The position numbers and the translations under genes are program-made. A DNA stretch of 64,000 nucleotides from an uncultured Thermoleophilia bacterium (GTDB taxonomy: Bacteria; Actinomycetota; Thermoleophilia; Gaiellales; Gaiellaceae): the NCBI GenBank assembly GCA_963799905.1, contig CAWCYU010000021.1:19628-83627 (forward strand), in the 5' to 3' direction. Positions 1 through 10,262 of this stretch are shown here, in pieces; the first letter of the stretch is position 1, and the number at the start of each line of letters is the position of its first letter. The notes beneath the pieces are model-generated. The model saw only the letters and a list, made by a program, of their open reading frames with translations. It was not told where the DNA came from and searched no databases.

Positions 1-153
1 GATGGTGCCGAAGGTGACGGTCGAGATCGGCGACGAGCCGACGGCGAAGAAGGTCGTCGGCTCGTCGAGGGTCTCGAGGACAACGACGACGTTCAGGACG
101 TCTACGCGAACTTCGACATCCCCGAGGCCGTGCTCGAGGCGGTCGCGTCGTAG
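1..153 (+). CDS. yebC: YebC/PmpR-family DNA-binding protein, C-terminal fragment (window edge; apparent frameshift near 60)
   Basis: MVPKVTVEI...KKV continues in another frame as LVEGLEDNDDVQDVYANFDI...AVAS* (TAG 151-153). The DDVQxVYxN C-terminal signature is present, and the gene lies just upstream of ruvC. Confidence 0.85.
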   Translation, partial: DGAEGDGRDRRRADGEEGRRLVEGLEDNDDVQDVYANFDIPEAVLEAVAS

Positions 154-310
154 CGGGGGTGCGGACGTCGGCAGGCCGAGCGTGCCTGCGATGTGTGTTC
201 GGATCGGGGCTGCAGGCTGCGGGCCGCCGACGAGCGGGTGCACTAGGATCTGCGGCGAGAGGCGCCGAGGGATCGAGCGGCGCTCCGGCGTAACAGGGAG
301 GCTCTTCGAA

Positions 311-890
311 ATGAGATGGATTGGCGTGGCCGCCGCGGTTGCGGCGTTGGCGTTCGCCGTCGCAGGCTGCGGGGGCTCGAGCGACTCGGGCAGCAATGCA
401 GGCAGCCGCGACACCGCGGTGACGGAGATCGGCCTCGACGGACGACAGTCGACCGAGACGACGTCCACCGAGACGACGTCGACCGAGACGACGTCCACCG
501 AGGCGACCTCGACCGACGGACACGAGCGGCGTCGCCGGGCTCAGTCCGGCGAGTGCAAGGATCTCGCGGAGCCAGCCAGAAGTTCTCCGCGGCCGTCGCG
601 AGTGGGTCGAGCGGAGGGAAGACGACTCGGAAGCCACCGCCGATGCGTTCGAGGAGTTCGCGCGACCAGGCGCCGGACGAGCTCAAGGACGACTTCGCGG
701 TACTCGCCGAGGTGATCGGGATCTATGCGGAGGCGCTGAAGGACATCGACTTCAAGCCGGGGCGAGGTACCGACCGCCGCGCAGGTCGCCAAGCTCGCCA
801 AGCTGGGGCAGTCGCTCACGCCGCGAAGGTCCAGAAGGCCGACGCGGCGATCGCGGCCTGGGCGGCAGGAGCACTGCGGGTCGCGTCAGG
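311..890 (+). CDS. Putative lipoprotein with Ser/Thr-rich linker (several apparent frameshifts; end approximate)
   Basis: ATG 311 gives MRWIGVAAAVAALAFAVAGC with an AVAGC lipobox and STETT repeats. Coding-like segments continue across frames (APDELKDDFAVLAEVIGIYAEALK; KVQKADAAIAAW). Confidence 0.65.
448..515 (+). repeat. In-frame 15-bp tandem repeat (about 4.5 copies) encoding STETT
   Basis: Units GTC(G/C)ACCGAG(A/G)CGAC at 448, 463, 478 and 493, with a partial copy at 508. No spacers. Confidence 0.9.
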
Positions 891-952
891 CCAGCCTCGT
901 CGGCACGGGGCCGGCGAGCCCACCGTGCCGACGGAACACGTCGGCGCCCTCT

Positions 953-974
953 CGTCCGCAGCTGGCCCTACCCT
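953..974 (+). promoter_or_regulatory. Putative PafBC-type (RecA-NDp-like) promoter of ruvC
   Basis: CGTCCG-N10-TACCCT, ending 5 nt before GTG 980. Confidence 0.65.
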
Positions 975-979
975 ACTCC

Positions 980-1469
980 GTGAAGGTTCTCGGCATCGAC
1001 CCAGGGACGGCTGCGTGCGGCTACGGGATCGTCCACGAAGGCGGCGGGCGGGTCACGGCACTGGCGTCAGGGTGTTGGACGACAAGCGCCCGCGCAACGG
1101 CCGGAACTGCGGCTGCGGGCGATCTTCGAGGGGGTGCAGGGGCTCATCGCCGAGCACGCACCGGACGCCGTCGCACTCGAGGAGTCGTATGTGGGAGCCG
1201 ACGCGCGCATCGCACTCTTCGTCGGTCAGGCTCGCGGCGCCGCCATGGTCGCCGCCGCCACCGCGGGCGTCGAGTGCACCGAATATGCGCCGGCACGCGT
1301 GAAGCAGTCCGTCTGCGGCCACGGCCGCGCCGACAAGGGTCAGGTGCAGCGGATGGTGAAGATGCTGCTCTCGCTCGACGAGATCCCCGCGACCTCGCAC
1401 GAGGCTGATGCGCTCGCGGTTGCGATCTGCCACGCGTTGATGCCCCCGCTCGCCCGGATGGCCTCGTGA
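980..1469 (+). CDS. ruvC: Holliday junction resolvase RuvC (frameshift near 1100)
   Basis: N-terminal VLGIDPG...CGYG, then ALEESY, GRADKGQVQRMV and HEADALAVAICH in the second frame. Confidence 0.95.
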
Positions 1470-2038
1470 TCGCGCGGCTGCGCGGAACGCCTGCGGGTCG
1501 CAGCGCGGACGGCCTCCTGCTGGACGTCAACGGCGTGGGCTACCTCGTCGCGGCGACGCCCGGCGTGATGCGGCGCGCCGAGGTGGGCGGCGAGATCAGC
1601 GTGGAGACGTTCCTCCACGTACGCGAGGATGCTCTGCAGCTCTACGGATTCGTCGATGCCTCGGAGCGCGAGCTCTTCACGCAGCTTCTCACGGTGAGCG
1701 GGATCGGCCCGAAGGTCGCGCTCGCGGTCGTCTCCGGGTCGCCCGCCGTCGGAGCTGCGACGCGCGATCGCCCTCGAGGATCACGCGCGGTTCCAGGCGA
1801 TCCCCGGGATCGGCAAGAAGACGGCGGAGCGCATCGTGCTGGAGCTGAAGGAGAAGGTCTCGCTCCTCGGCGACGACTCGATCGCGTCGCCGCCGAGGAG
1901 ACGCCCACGCATCTCGTCGCGCGCGATGCCCTGGTCGAGCTCGGCTATTCCGTGCTCGAGGCGGAACAGCGACTCGCCGAGGTCGACCCGGAGCTGCCGC
2001 CCGCCGAGCGCGTGCGGTTGGCCCTCCGGGCGGCGTAG
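1466..2038 (+). CDS. ruvA: Holliday junction branch-migration protein RuvA (two compensating frameshifts, near 1750 and 1890)
   Basis: [25 protein letters not shown] and [27 protein letters not shown] is in an alternate frame, then ALVELGYS. Confidence 0.95.
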   Translation: MIARLRGTPAGRSADGLLLDVNGVGYLVAATPGVMRRAEVGGEISVETFLHVREDALQLYGFVDASERELFTQLLTVSGIGPKVALAVVSGSPAVGAATRDRPRGSRAVPGDPRDRQEDGGAHRAGAEGEGLAPRRRLDRVAAEETPTHLVARDALVELGYSVLEAEQRLAEVDPELPPAERVRLALRAA

Positions 2039-2106
2039 CTCGAGGTGACCGGTCGCAGCCGAGCGATTGCCTGCCATTCGGCTCCGGGGTGCTCGAGTCG
2101 GCGGCC

Positions 2107-2128
2107 TGTCCGGGCGCGTGCCTAGGCT
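2107..2128 (+). promoter_or_regulatory. Putative PafBC-type promoter of ruvB
   Basis: TGTCCG-N10-TAGGCT, 5 nt before GTG 2134. Confidence 0.65.
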
Positions 2129-2133
2129 GTCTC

Positions 2134-3142
2134 GTGAGCGACCGCGTCACGACTGCCGTGCTGGACCCCGAGGACGAGGAGGTCGAGCGCTCGCTGCGCC
2201 CGCGCCGGCTCGACGATTTCGTCGGCCAGGAGCGCATCAAGGAACAGCTCGGGATCGCCCTCGACGCCGCCAAGGGACGCGACGAGGCGCTCGACCACGT
2301 GCTCCTCGCCGGGCCACCGGGCCTCGGCAAGACGACCCTCGCGCAGATCATCCGCGAGGAGCTCGGAGTCGGCCTCCGCACCGTCGCCGGGCCGGCGCTC
2401 GAGAAGAAGGACATCGCGGCCATCCTCACGGCGATCGAGCCGCGTGACGTGCTCTTCATCGACGAGATCCACCGTCTCAACCGCGCGGCCGAGGAGATCC
2501 TGTACCCGGCACTCGAGGATTTCCGGCTCGACATCGTGTTCGGGCAGGGGGCGGCTGCGCGCACGCTCACGATCGACCTGCCGCCGTTCACGCTCGTCGG
2601 TGCCACGCACACGTTCGGGCCTGCTGACGACGCCGCTGCGCGACCGTTTCGGGATGACCTTCCGGCTCGGGTACTACGAGCCGGGGCAGCTCGGCACGAT
2701 CGTGCGCCGTTCGGCGGGCATCCTCGCCGTCGAGATCGACGACGACGCCGCCGACGAGATCGCGAGCCGGTCGCGGGGAACGCCCAGGATCGCGAACCGG
2801 ATCCTGCGGCGCGTGCGCGATGTCGCCGAGGTACGCCACGCAGGGAAGATCACGAACGACGTCGCACGCGAAGCGCTGGAGCTGCTCGAGGTGGACGGCG
2901 TCGGGCTGGAGCGGATCGACCGGGAGCTGCTGTCGGCGGTCGCAAACAAGTTCGGCGGCGGCCCCGTCGGCCTCTCGACGCTCGCCGTCGCTCTCGGCGA
3001 GGAAACGGACACGATCGAGGATGTCTACGAGCCGTACCTGCTTCAGCTCGGTTTTCTTCAGCGCACCCCGCGCGGGCGGACGATCACAGAGCTCGGCCGC
3101 AAGCACGTCGGTGCCGTCCGCGTCGACGGGAGCCTGTTCTAG
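2134..3142 (+). CDS. ruvB: Holliday junction branch-migration ATPase RuvB (frameshift near 2610)
   Basis: [30 protein letters not shown] and LYPALEDF. The second frame has [22 protein letters not shown] and EPYLLQ...RTPRGR. Confidence 0.97.
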
Positions 3143-3165
3143 TGCCCGAGCTCTGGACGCCGGGG

Positions 3166-3468
3166 ATGACGGACTCGCTCGAAGACCTCGTGAAGCGCAT
3201 CGAGCGGAGGATCGAGGGCTTTCGTGCCGAGCACGGCCTGGAGCGCGCCGGCGTCAGCGTCGAGCTCGCCGACGGCTCACTCCACCGGCTCGCGTCCCTC
3301 TCGGCTGAACCGGGCTTCGGGTTCGTGACGCTCTGCCCACATCGCGACAGCGGCGAACCGGAGGAGCGGATCGTTCCGCTCGGGGCCATCCGCGAGATCC
3401 GGATCGCGGTTGCAGACGACGAGCAACGGCTCGGTTTCGCGCCGCCGCCGGACGGTTCTAGCGCCTGA
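3166..3468 (+). CDS. Hypothetical protein (100 aa)
   Basis: ATG 3166 gives [15 protein letters not shown]...; protein-like composition. The ORF track merges it with the ruvB frame-1 read-through. Confidence 0.7.
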   Translation: MTDSLEDLVKRIERRIEGFRAEHGLERAGVSVELADGSLHRLASLSAEPGFGFVTLCPHRDSGEPEERIVPLGAIREIRIAVADDEQRLGFAPPPDGSSA

Positions 3469-3919
3469 ACTGCAGGGCACGCCAGCTCGGGGTTGGTGCG
3501 AGCTCGAGCAGCGCGCGTCCACCTTCCGGCTCGGCGTATCCGAAATCCCCCGACCCTTCGTCGAAGCTGACCTCGAGCAACCCTTCCTTGACCCGATGAT
3601 CGAGATAGGCACCGCGAAACACGAGCTTCCGAAGCCAGTAGACGAGCGACTCTCCGTCGTTCAGCGAGACGCGCTCCCAGTGCCGCATCAGATAGTGGCC
3701 GAGCGAGCTCCGCGGCTCGGCGATCCTGCCGTCGGCTGCCAGTTCGACGAGATCGAGCGTCTCCTCCTGGTCGAGGTCGCTATCCGCGATCAGCGCCAGC
3801 TTGACCGCGGCGGCCATGACGCGCTCCCGGAAGTCGTCGGCACCGAAGGCGAACCGGTACCCGAGAAACTCGAGCACGTAGTCGTCGCCTGACGTGTAGT
3901 TGAGCTCGCCCTGAGGCAC
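3458..3919 (-). CDS. Hypothetical protein (153 aa)
   Basis: Protein-like ORF ([12 protein letters not shown]...[16 protein letters not shown]) with normal codon bias. Confidence 0.75.
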   Translation of the reverse strand: MPQGELNYTSGDDYVLEFLGYRFAFGADDFRERVMAAAVKLALIADSDLDQEETLDLVELAADGRIAEPRSSLGHYLMRHWERVSLNDGESLVYWLRKLVFRGAYLDHRVKEGLLEVSFDEGSGDFGYAEPEGGRALLELAPTPSWRALQFRR

Positions 3920-3942
3920 GAGAGGAAAGCTACCCTCAGCGT

Positions 3943-4146
3943 GTGAACTGGCGTCTCGCGATACCGATGACGCTGGCCGTGCTCGTCATCTGGCTCCTGG
4001 GCGCGGCGGTCACGAAGTACACGCTGGAACAGATGGCCTACCTCGCGCCGGTGGCGGTCGTCGTCGTCGGGGCGACGATCGGTCTCGTCCTCCTCTGGGT
4101 CAAGATCGTGCGGGAATCGATGCGTGCCAGAGGGAAGCTGCGCTGA
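3943..4146 (+). CDS. Small membrane protein (2 TM helices)
   Basis: Two hydrophobic stretches and a basic C-tail. A TACCCT -10-like element lies just upstream. Confidence 0.75.
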   Translation: MNWRLAIPMTLAVLVIWLLGAAVTKYTLEQMAYLAPVAVVVVGATIGLVLLWVKIVRESMRARGKLR

Positions 4147-4193
4147 GGGAAAGGGCGCGTCGGGCTTCTCCACCGCGACGGCTCCTCATCCTC

Positions 4194-4215
4194 CGTCCGG
4201 GGCTGGACCTATCGT
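4194..4215 (+). promoter_or_regulatory. Putative PafBC-type promoter of recJ
   Basis: CGTCCG-N10-TATCGT, 6 nt before ATG 4222. Confidence 0.65.
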
Positions 4216-4221
4216 GGCTGC

Positions 4222-6103
4222 ATGGTCGGAAGCTGGCAGGTCGAGCCCGTGTCGTTCCCCGAGGTCGCAGCCCTCATGGCGGAGCTCGACGTCTCCGAGA
4301 CCGTTGCGAGCGTGCTCGTGCGGCGAGGGCTGGGCGATCCCGACGCGGCGCGCGCGTTCCTCCAGCCCGAGGGCATCTCGCACGATCCCTTGTTGCTCGG
4401 GGACATGGCGGCGGCTGTCGCGCGGCTGCGCACGGCCGTCGAGCGGGGAGAGCGGATCTGCGTCCACGGCGACTACGACGTCGACGGCATCTGCGCTACG
4501 GCGCTCGCGACGCTGACGTTGAGAGAGCTCGGAGCCGACGTCGTCTGGCACCTCCCGAGCCGGTTCGAGGAAGGCTACGGCGTCTCCACGACGACGATCG
4601 CGCGGCTCGCGGAGGAAGGCGTGAAGCTTCTCCTCACGGTGGACTGCGGCATCACCGCCTCCGCAGAGGTCGAGGATGCCCGCCGGCTCGGTGTCGACGT
4701 GATCGTCACCGACCACCATCGCCCGGCGGAGACGCTGCCGCAGTGCCCGATCGTCGCCACGCGGCCCTCCGTCTATCCCTTTGCGGAGCTGTGCGGGACC
4801 GGTGTGGTCGTCAAGCTCGCGCAGGCGCTCCTCGGCGTCGACCACCCGATGCTCGCCCGCCATGCCGATCTCGTCGCCCTCGCCACGATCGCCGATGTCG
4901 TCCCGCTCGTCGACGAGAACCGTGCACTCGCGACGATCGGCCTCCGGGGTCTCGCGCGCACCCAGAAACCCGGGCTCCGCGCCCTGATGCGCGTGGCCGG
5001 TGTCGACCCCGCCACCGTCGACGCAACCGCAGTCGCGTTCCGGTTGGCCCCCAGGATCAACGCGGCCGGGCGCCTGGGGCGGCCCGACGTCGCACTGCAT
5101 CTCGTTCTCACCGATGACCCGCGCGAAGCAGATCTGCTCGCGAACGAGCTCGAGACGTTGAACCGCGACCGTCAGGCGGTCGAGGAGAAGATCGTGCGCG
5201 AGGCCGTCGCGGTTGTCGACGGCTGGTCTGCCCAGCAGCGCAGCCGCCGCGCCTACGTCGTCTGGGGTGAGGGCTGGCACGAGGGGGTGATCGGGATCGT
5301 CGCCTCGCGGCTCGTGGAGCGGTTCGGCCGTCCTGTCGTACTGATCGCCGGCGAGGGGGAGCGCTGGAAGGGCTCGGGGCGGTCGGTGCCGAGCTTCGAT
5401 CTGCATGCGGGCCTCTCCGCGTGCGCCGTCCACCTCGAGCGATTCGGCGGCCACCGTGCCGCCGCCGGCCTGTCGATCCTCCCAGACCGGCTGGAAGCGT
5501 TCGCGGATGCCTTCGCCACCCACGCCGACGCCGAGCTCGTCGACGAGGACCTCACGCCCGATGACGCGGATCGATGCGATCGTGCCCGCCTCGGCGCTCA
5601 CGCTCGACCTCGCCCGGGAGCTCGAGCGGCTCGCGCCCTTCGGGCTCGGGAACCCCGATGTGACGTTGCTCGTGGCGGGGTGCGAGGCCGTGGGACCGGC
5701 GACGGTCGGGGAAGGGAAGCACCTGAGGTTCCGGGTCCGCCAGCACGGCCGGGACGCCGGGAGTGCGATCGCCTTCGGTCTCGGCGGCCAGCTCCAGCGG
5801 CTACAGGGCGACGCGCGCTTCGACGTCGCGTTCAGGCTCAAGCAGAACCGCTGGAACGGCACGGTCGCCCCGCAACTCGTCGTGCGCCGCGTGTTCGATA
5901 CCTCAGCTGGATACGAGGAGCTACGGACGTGGCTGGCCGAGCTCTGGCGCGCCGGCGAGCCGGCGTGGACGCCGGAGGCTCGGCGGATCTTCGGCGAGCT
6001 CGCGCTCGAGGGCGCAGGCGGCAAGCGGCAGCTGCTCGAATCGCCCACGTTTCGGGCGTTGCTGGAACACGGCGTACCGCTCACCCTGCCTCGAGCCGCC
6101 TGA
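4222..6103 (+). CDS. recJ: Single-stranded-DNA exonuclease RecJ (frameshift near 5560)
   Basis: HGDYDVDG, TVDCG, TDHH, PRINAAGR, GSGRS and FGGHRAAAG. The C-terminal part (LAPFGLGNP, GEGKHL) is in the 5405..6103 frame. Confidence 0.96.
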
Positions 6104-6229
6104 GCTCTGAAGCCTGGGCTCGGGCGATCTGCCGGTGTCACGACAGTAGGCGCGCCTCGACGAACCAGAGCCGATGGGTGGGTCCCTCAACGCTGCCCCG
6201 TGCGCAGTCGCCCGTGCAACACCCGTGCC

Positions 6230-6337
6230 CTAGCGCGAGGTCGTGAAACCGCGCGGCGGCCGGGCGATCGACCGCTCGAGCTCGGCGAGCAGCCGCAGCA
6301 CCCTGCGACGTTCCAGATATCTCCGCAGCGGGCCCAT
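6230..6337 (-). CDS. Putative small basic protein (35 aa)
   Basis: MGPLRRYLERRRVLRLLAELERSIARPPRGFTTSR*, in the recJ-relA gap, with high GC3. It is below the ORF-track cutoff. Confidence 0.45.
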   Translation of the reverse strand: MGPLRRYLERRRVLRLLAELERSIARPPRGFTTSR

Positions 6338-6405
6338 GGCTCTCTGCTCTTCGGCAGAAAGGAGCGCGTTCCTGTCACTCGAAAGGGCACGAGTACACTG
6401 AAACC

Positions 6406-8612
6406 ATGGCCGTCGTCGATGCCGAACGCCATCAGAACGACCTCGTCAGTGAGCTGATCGCGAACGTCGAGGCCTACAACCCTGGCGTCGACAAGGAGCT
6501 GATCCGCCGCGCCTTCGACGAGGCCGAGCGCGCCCACCAGGGTCAGGTGCGGCGCTCGGGTGAGCCGTTCATCGACCATCCGCTGGGGGTGGCGCTGATC
6601 TGCGCGCAGCTGCACCTCGACGCCCAGACGATCGCTGCAGCGCTGCTCCACGACGTGATCGAGGACACCGAGACCGAGCTCGACGAGCTGCGCGCCGTCG
6701 TTCGGGCCGGAGATCGTCGCAGCTCGTCGAAGGCGTGACCAAGTTGACCCGGATCAGCTTCCAGAGCCGCGAGCAGGCGGAGGCGGAGAACTACCGCAAG
6801 ATGATCGTGGCGATGGCCCAGGACGTCCGTGTGATCCTGATCAAGCTCGCGGATCGGCTCCACAACATGCGCACGATCGAGTACCTCGGCAAGCAGAAGC
6901 AGGTGCAGAAGGCGAAGGAGACGATCGAGGTCTACGCGCCGCTTGCCCACAGACTCGGCATCCATGCCGTCAAGTGGGAGCTCGAGGATCTCTCGTTCCA
7001 GATCCTCCACCCCCGCAAGTACGCCGAGATCAAGGCAATGGTCGCCGACCGTCGCGCCGACCGCGAGGCCCAGGTCGAGACCGCGGCTGCGCAGCTGAAA
7101 GAGGATCTCGAGAAGGCGGACATCCCCGCCGACATCGCCGGACGCGCGAAGCACTTCTACTCGATCTACGACAAGATGGCCAAGAAGGGTCGCGAGTTCA
7201 ACGAGATCTACGACCTGACGGCGATGCGCGTGCTGATCGAGCGCGGGAGCGACGAAGGCACACGTGACTGCTACGCCGCACTCGGGATCATCCACGCGCT
7301 CTGGAAGCCGATGCCGGGCCGGTTCAAGGACTTCATCGCGATGCCGAAGCTGAACCGTTATCGCTCGCTCCACACGACGGTGATCGGGCCGAACGGGACG
7401 CCGCTGGAGATCCAGGTGAGGACGCGCGAGATGCACGAGGAGGCCGAGTTCGGCGTCGCCGCGCACTGGCTCTACAAGCGGGGCCGGTCGTCCAAGGGTG
7501 ACGACGAATGGGTTGCGTGGGTGAAGACGTTGATGGATTGGCAGGGCGACGACCAGGACGCCGCCGAGTACATGCGCACGCTGCGCACTGACCTGTTCGA
7601 CGACGAGGTGTACGTCTTCACCCCCAAGGGCGAGGTGAAGACCCTTCAGGCCGGCAGCACGCCCATCGACTTCGCGTACGCCGTCCACACCGACGTCGGC
7701 CACAAGACGGTCGGCGCCAAGGTCAACGGCCGCATCGTGCCGCTGCACTACAAGCTGAAGAACGGCGACTTCGTCGAGATCCTGACGTCGAAGTCGGGCC
7801 GGGGGCCCTCGCGCGACTGGATGTCGGTCGCCGCTTCGTCGCGTGCACGCAACAAGATCCGACAGTGGTTCCAGCGCGAGACGAAGGGCGAGACGGAGGC
7901 GAAGGGACGCGAGGCGCTCGATCAGGCCCTGAAGGCGCAGAACCTTCCGTATCGCAAGCTCCAGGGCTCGGCCGTGCTGGCGCAGGTGATCCGCGATCTG
8001 GGGTTCAAGAAGGCAGAGGACTTCTACCTCGCAGTCGGCTCCGGGAAGCTCGGGACCGGGCAGGTGGTGAACAAGGTCCTGCAGAAGCTGAAGACGGATC
8101 AGGTCGCAGAGGAGCCGACGGTCACGTTGAAGACGCCGAAGGCGCGGTCGGCGGTCGCGGGCGACAGCCTCGGGATCGTCGTGCAGGGCGTCGACGAGGT
8201 GCTCGTCCGGCTTGCGAAATGCTGTACGCCGGTACCGGGCGACGACATCAAGGGCTACATCTCGCTGGGACGCGGGATCACGATCCATCGAGCCGACTGC
8301 CCCAACGTGAAGGCTCTGATGCGGAATCCCGAGAGGTTCACGCCGGTGGAGTGGGAGGGAAGCGCGAAGACGAGCTTCAGGGTGCAGATCGCGGTCGAGG
8401 CGTGGGACCGGGCACGCCTGCTCGAGGACGTGGCACGGACGTTCTCCGAGCACGGCGCGAACATCGTCGCCTACGGCGGCACAGTCGAGGACGGGATGGC
8501 GAAGAACTGGTACACGGCCGAGCTCGGGGACGTCAACGACCTGCGGTCGCTGCTCTCGGCGCTGCGGCATCTCGACGCGGTGTTCGACGCGTATCGCGTG
8601 ACGCCGAACTAG
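6406..8612 (+). CDS. relA: Bifunctional (p)ppGpp synthetase/hydrolase Rel (frameshifts near 6700-6720)
   Basis: HD domain (AHQGQVRRSGEPF, LLHDVIED), IKLADRLHNMRT, synthetase (GRAKH, YRSLHT, EIQVRT), TGS, AKCC and ACT domains. Confidence 0.97.
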
Positions 8613-8643
8613 GGTACGGCGCGCGGGAGGCGTACCGGCAGCG

Positions 8644-9276
8644 TCAGACAGGCGAGCCCGGCAGACCGCGGATCGCGTCGAGGTCTGCGTCACCTTGCGA
8701 CCACTCGAGGCAACGCGGATCCAGCTCGAACGCCGCCCTGAGCGCGGCGATCGCCGCATCGGTGTTTCCGGCCATGGCCTCCCAGCACGCCGTCGAGTAG
8801 AGGAGGCCGCTGTTGTCGGGAAACCGCTCTGTGCCTTCGGCGAGCAGCTCGAGCGCCGCGTCGTAGTCGGCGCTCTCGCGGTGTCGCTCGGCCTCGAAAT
8901 ACCACTCCCAGGCCGACGGGGTATGAGCCCCCGGCACGCCGCCGATCGCGAGCACCGTCGTGCCCGCCTCCACTGCGACGGCGTGTCGGCGCACCGCGGG
9001 GTCGCGAATGAAGACCAACGTGCCGTTCGGGGCATCGAGCTCGACGCCGTCGAGCGTGAACGTGGCATGACCCGCCATCACCACGTAGGCCTCCTGGTGC
9101 CCCAGGCTCTCCTCGGTGTGCTCCTCGACGACGTGATCACCGGCGGCTGCGGCGCTGTAGGCGTTGATCCCGAATGCGTCGATCCCGAGGGCGCGCCGAA
9201 GCGGCGTCCAGCGGACGCCTGCGACCGCGATCTGATCGCTCTCGTGGATGTTCAGCACTGAGTAGGGCTCGGGCAC
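8644..9276 (-). CDS. Cupin-domain + TPR protein
   Basis: Cupin-like EHTE...HQEAYVVMAGHATF, and a C-terminal TPR (LYSTACWEA...AFELDP...DADL). Confidence 0.75.
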   Translation of the reverse strand: MPEPYSVLNIHESDQIAVAGVRWTPLRRALGIDAFGINAYSAAAAGDHVVEEHTEESLGHQEAYVVMAGHATFTLDGVELDAPNGTLVFIRDPAVRRHAVAVEAGTTVLAIGGVPGAHTPSAWEWYFEAERHRESADYDAALELLAEGTERFPDNSGLLYSTACWEAMAGNTDAAIAALRAAFELDPRCLEWSQGDADLDAIRGLPGSPV

Positions 9277-9296
9277 GTCGGGAAGGTATCAGCGCC

Positions 9297-9385
9297 TCCC
9301 TCGAACAAGGGATCACCCCTCGTATGGGGCACCTCGATCGAATCTGAGTCACTCGATCGAGGGATTGCGTGACCCGATCGGGTGC
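9297..9385. promoter_or_regulatory. Cluster of related 16-bp imperfect palindromes (putative operator sites)
   Basis: TCCCTCGAACAAGGGA (9297-9312), TCACTCGATCGAGGGA (9349-9364) and TGACCCGATCGGGTGC (9370-9385). Confidence 0.45.
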
Positions 9386-9413
9386 CTACAAGTGTGGGCA
9401 GGGGAGAGGGTCA

Positions 9414-9454
9414 CGTCGCCGCGGCCCCCGGTTCTCCGGGAAGCCGCGGCGACG
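9414..9454 (-). terminator. GC-rich hairpin, likely terminator of the pmm-thioesterase-GAF operon
   Basis: CGTCGCCGCGGC / GCCGCGGCGACG 12-bp stem plus an inner CCCGG/CCGGG, a few nt after the stop at 9462. Confidence 0.6.
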
Positions 9455-9461
9455 GGTTAGC

Positions 9462-9803
9462 TCACGGCTCCCATGCCTCGCCGGCCGTGTCCCACCCGAG
9501 CAGAACATGGGTCGAGATCAGTGCCGCGACCCGCTCGAGGAATGGCGCGTCGGCCTCGCCGTCGGCTGCGAGCTCGCCGACGACCGTGCCCTGGTAGGTC
9601 ACCGGCACCGCCGTTCGGGTTGCCGCGTCTGCGGCCCCGGCCTCCGGGCCGAGGACGAGCACGCCGTCTTCCAGGAACTGGATTCCCACCCAGGCGATCC
9701 GCGGCTCGCGCACGAGCTCTGCCACAACCCCGCGCAGGACGTCGTCCGGGTCTTCACCGAGGTCGAGGATCCGCTCGATCGCCTCCAGCGCCTGCGCGCT
9801 CAC
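9462..9803 (-). CDS. Small GAF-like protein (MsrC/fRMsr-like, shortened)
   Basis: The GTG start overlaps the thioesterase stop. WVGIQFLEDGVLVLGP and AVPVTYQGTVVGEL are GAF-like segments. Confidence 0.65.
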   Translation of the reverse strand: MSAQALEAIERILDLGEDPDDVLRGVVAELVREPRIAWVGIQFLEDGVLVLGPEAGAADAATRTAVPVTYQGTVVGELAADGEADAPFLERVAALISTHVLLGWDTAGEAWEP

Positions 9804-10258
9804 TCGTCCAGATCCGCCTGCTCGAACTCCCTCACCGGCGCGCGCACGATGTCGGGCAGCGGAAGTGGCCGCCGGCTCCCGGGGTCGATCAGCACCAAGG
9901 TCTGCGTGCAGGTGACCAGCAGCTCGTCGTCCGGCAAGCGGACGGCCGCAGCGTCGTAGGTGACACTCGTCCGCCCGAATCGGCTGATCCTGACGAAGCA
10001 TTCGAGCAGGTCGTCGAACCGGGCCGGCGCGTGGTACTCGACGCTCAATCCGCGCATCACGAACTCTGCTCCCTTCACTCCGAGCAGGCCGAGGTGGCGG
10101 TGATACTCGGTTCGGGCGTGGTCGAAGTAGGGCATGTAGCGGCCGTAGTAGACGACGCCCTGTGCGTCGGTGTCCGAGAACCAGACGCGGTTCAGGGCCG
10201 AGTACTTGAACGGCGGGCGGCGGTCGGTCGGCCGCCCGAGCTCGAGGGGATCGGCCAT
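9800..10258 (-). CDS. Acyl-CoA thioesterase (YbgC/4HBT hot-dog family)
   Basis: RVWFSDTDAQGVVYYGRY motif and VEYHAPARFDD. Confidence 0.9.
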   Translation of the reverse strand: MADPLELGRPTDRRPPFKYSALNRVWFSDTDAQGVVYYGRYMPYFDHARTEYHRHLGLLGVKGAEFVMRGLSVEYHAPARFDDLLECFVRISRFGRTSVTYDAAAVRLPDDELLVTCTQTLVLIDPGSRRPLPLPDIVRAPVREFEQADLDE

Positions 10259-10262
10259 CGCC

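Noticed and set aside
448-515. 15-bp repeats as a CRISPR array
   Set aside because: The copies are contiguous with no spacers, sit in frame in a lipoprotein linker, and there are no cas genes.
2089-3468. 459-aa ORF suggesting a RuvB fusion
   Set aside because: It is an artefact of the frameshift. RuvB ends at 3142 in another frame, and 3166-3468 is a separate gene.
900-4222. LexA (SOS) boxes at ruv/recJ promoters
   Set aside because: No CGAAC-N4-GTTCG-type site was recognised upstream of these genes.
1-6740. Frameshifts in yebC, the lipoprotein, ruvC, ruvA, ruvB, recJ and relA as pseudogenes or programmed frameshifting
   Set aside because: The indels cluster at the window start, hit conserved genes with otherwise intact motifs, have no slippery sites, and almost vanish after 7 kb. 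They are most likely low-coverage long-read errors.
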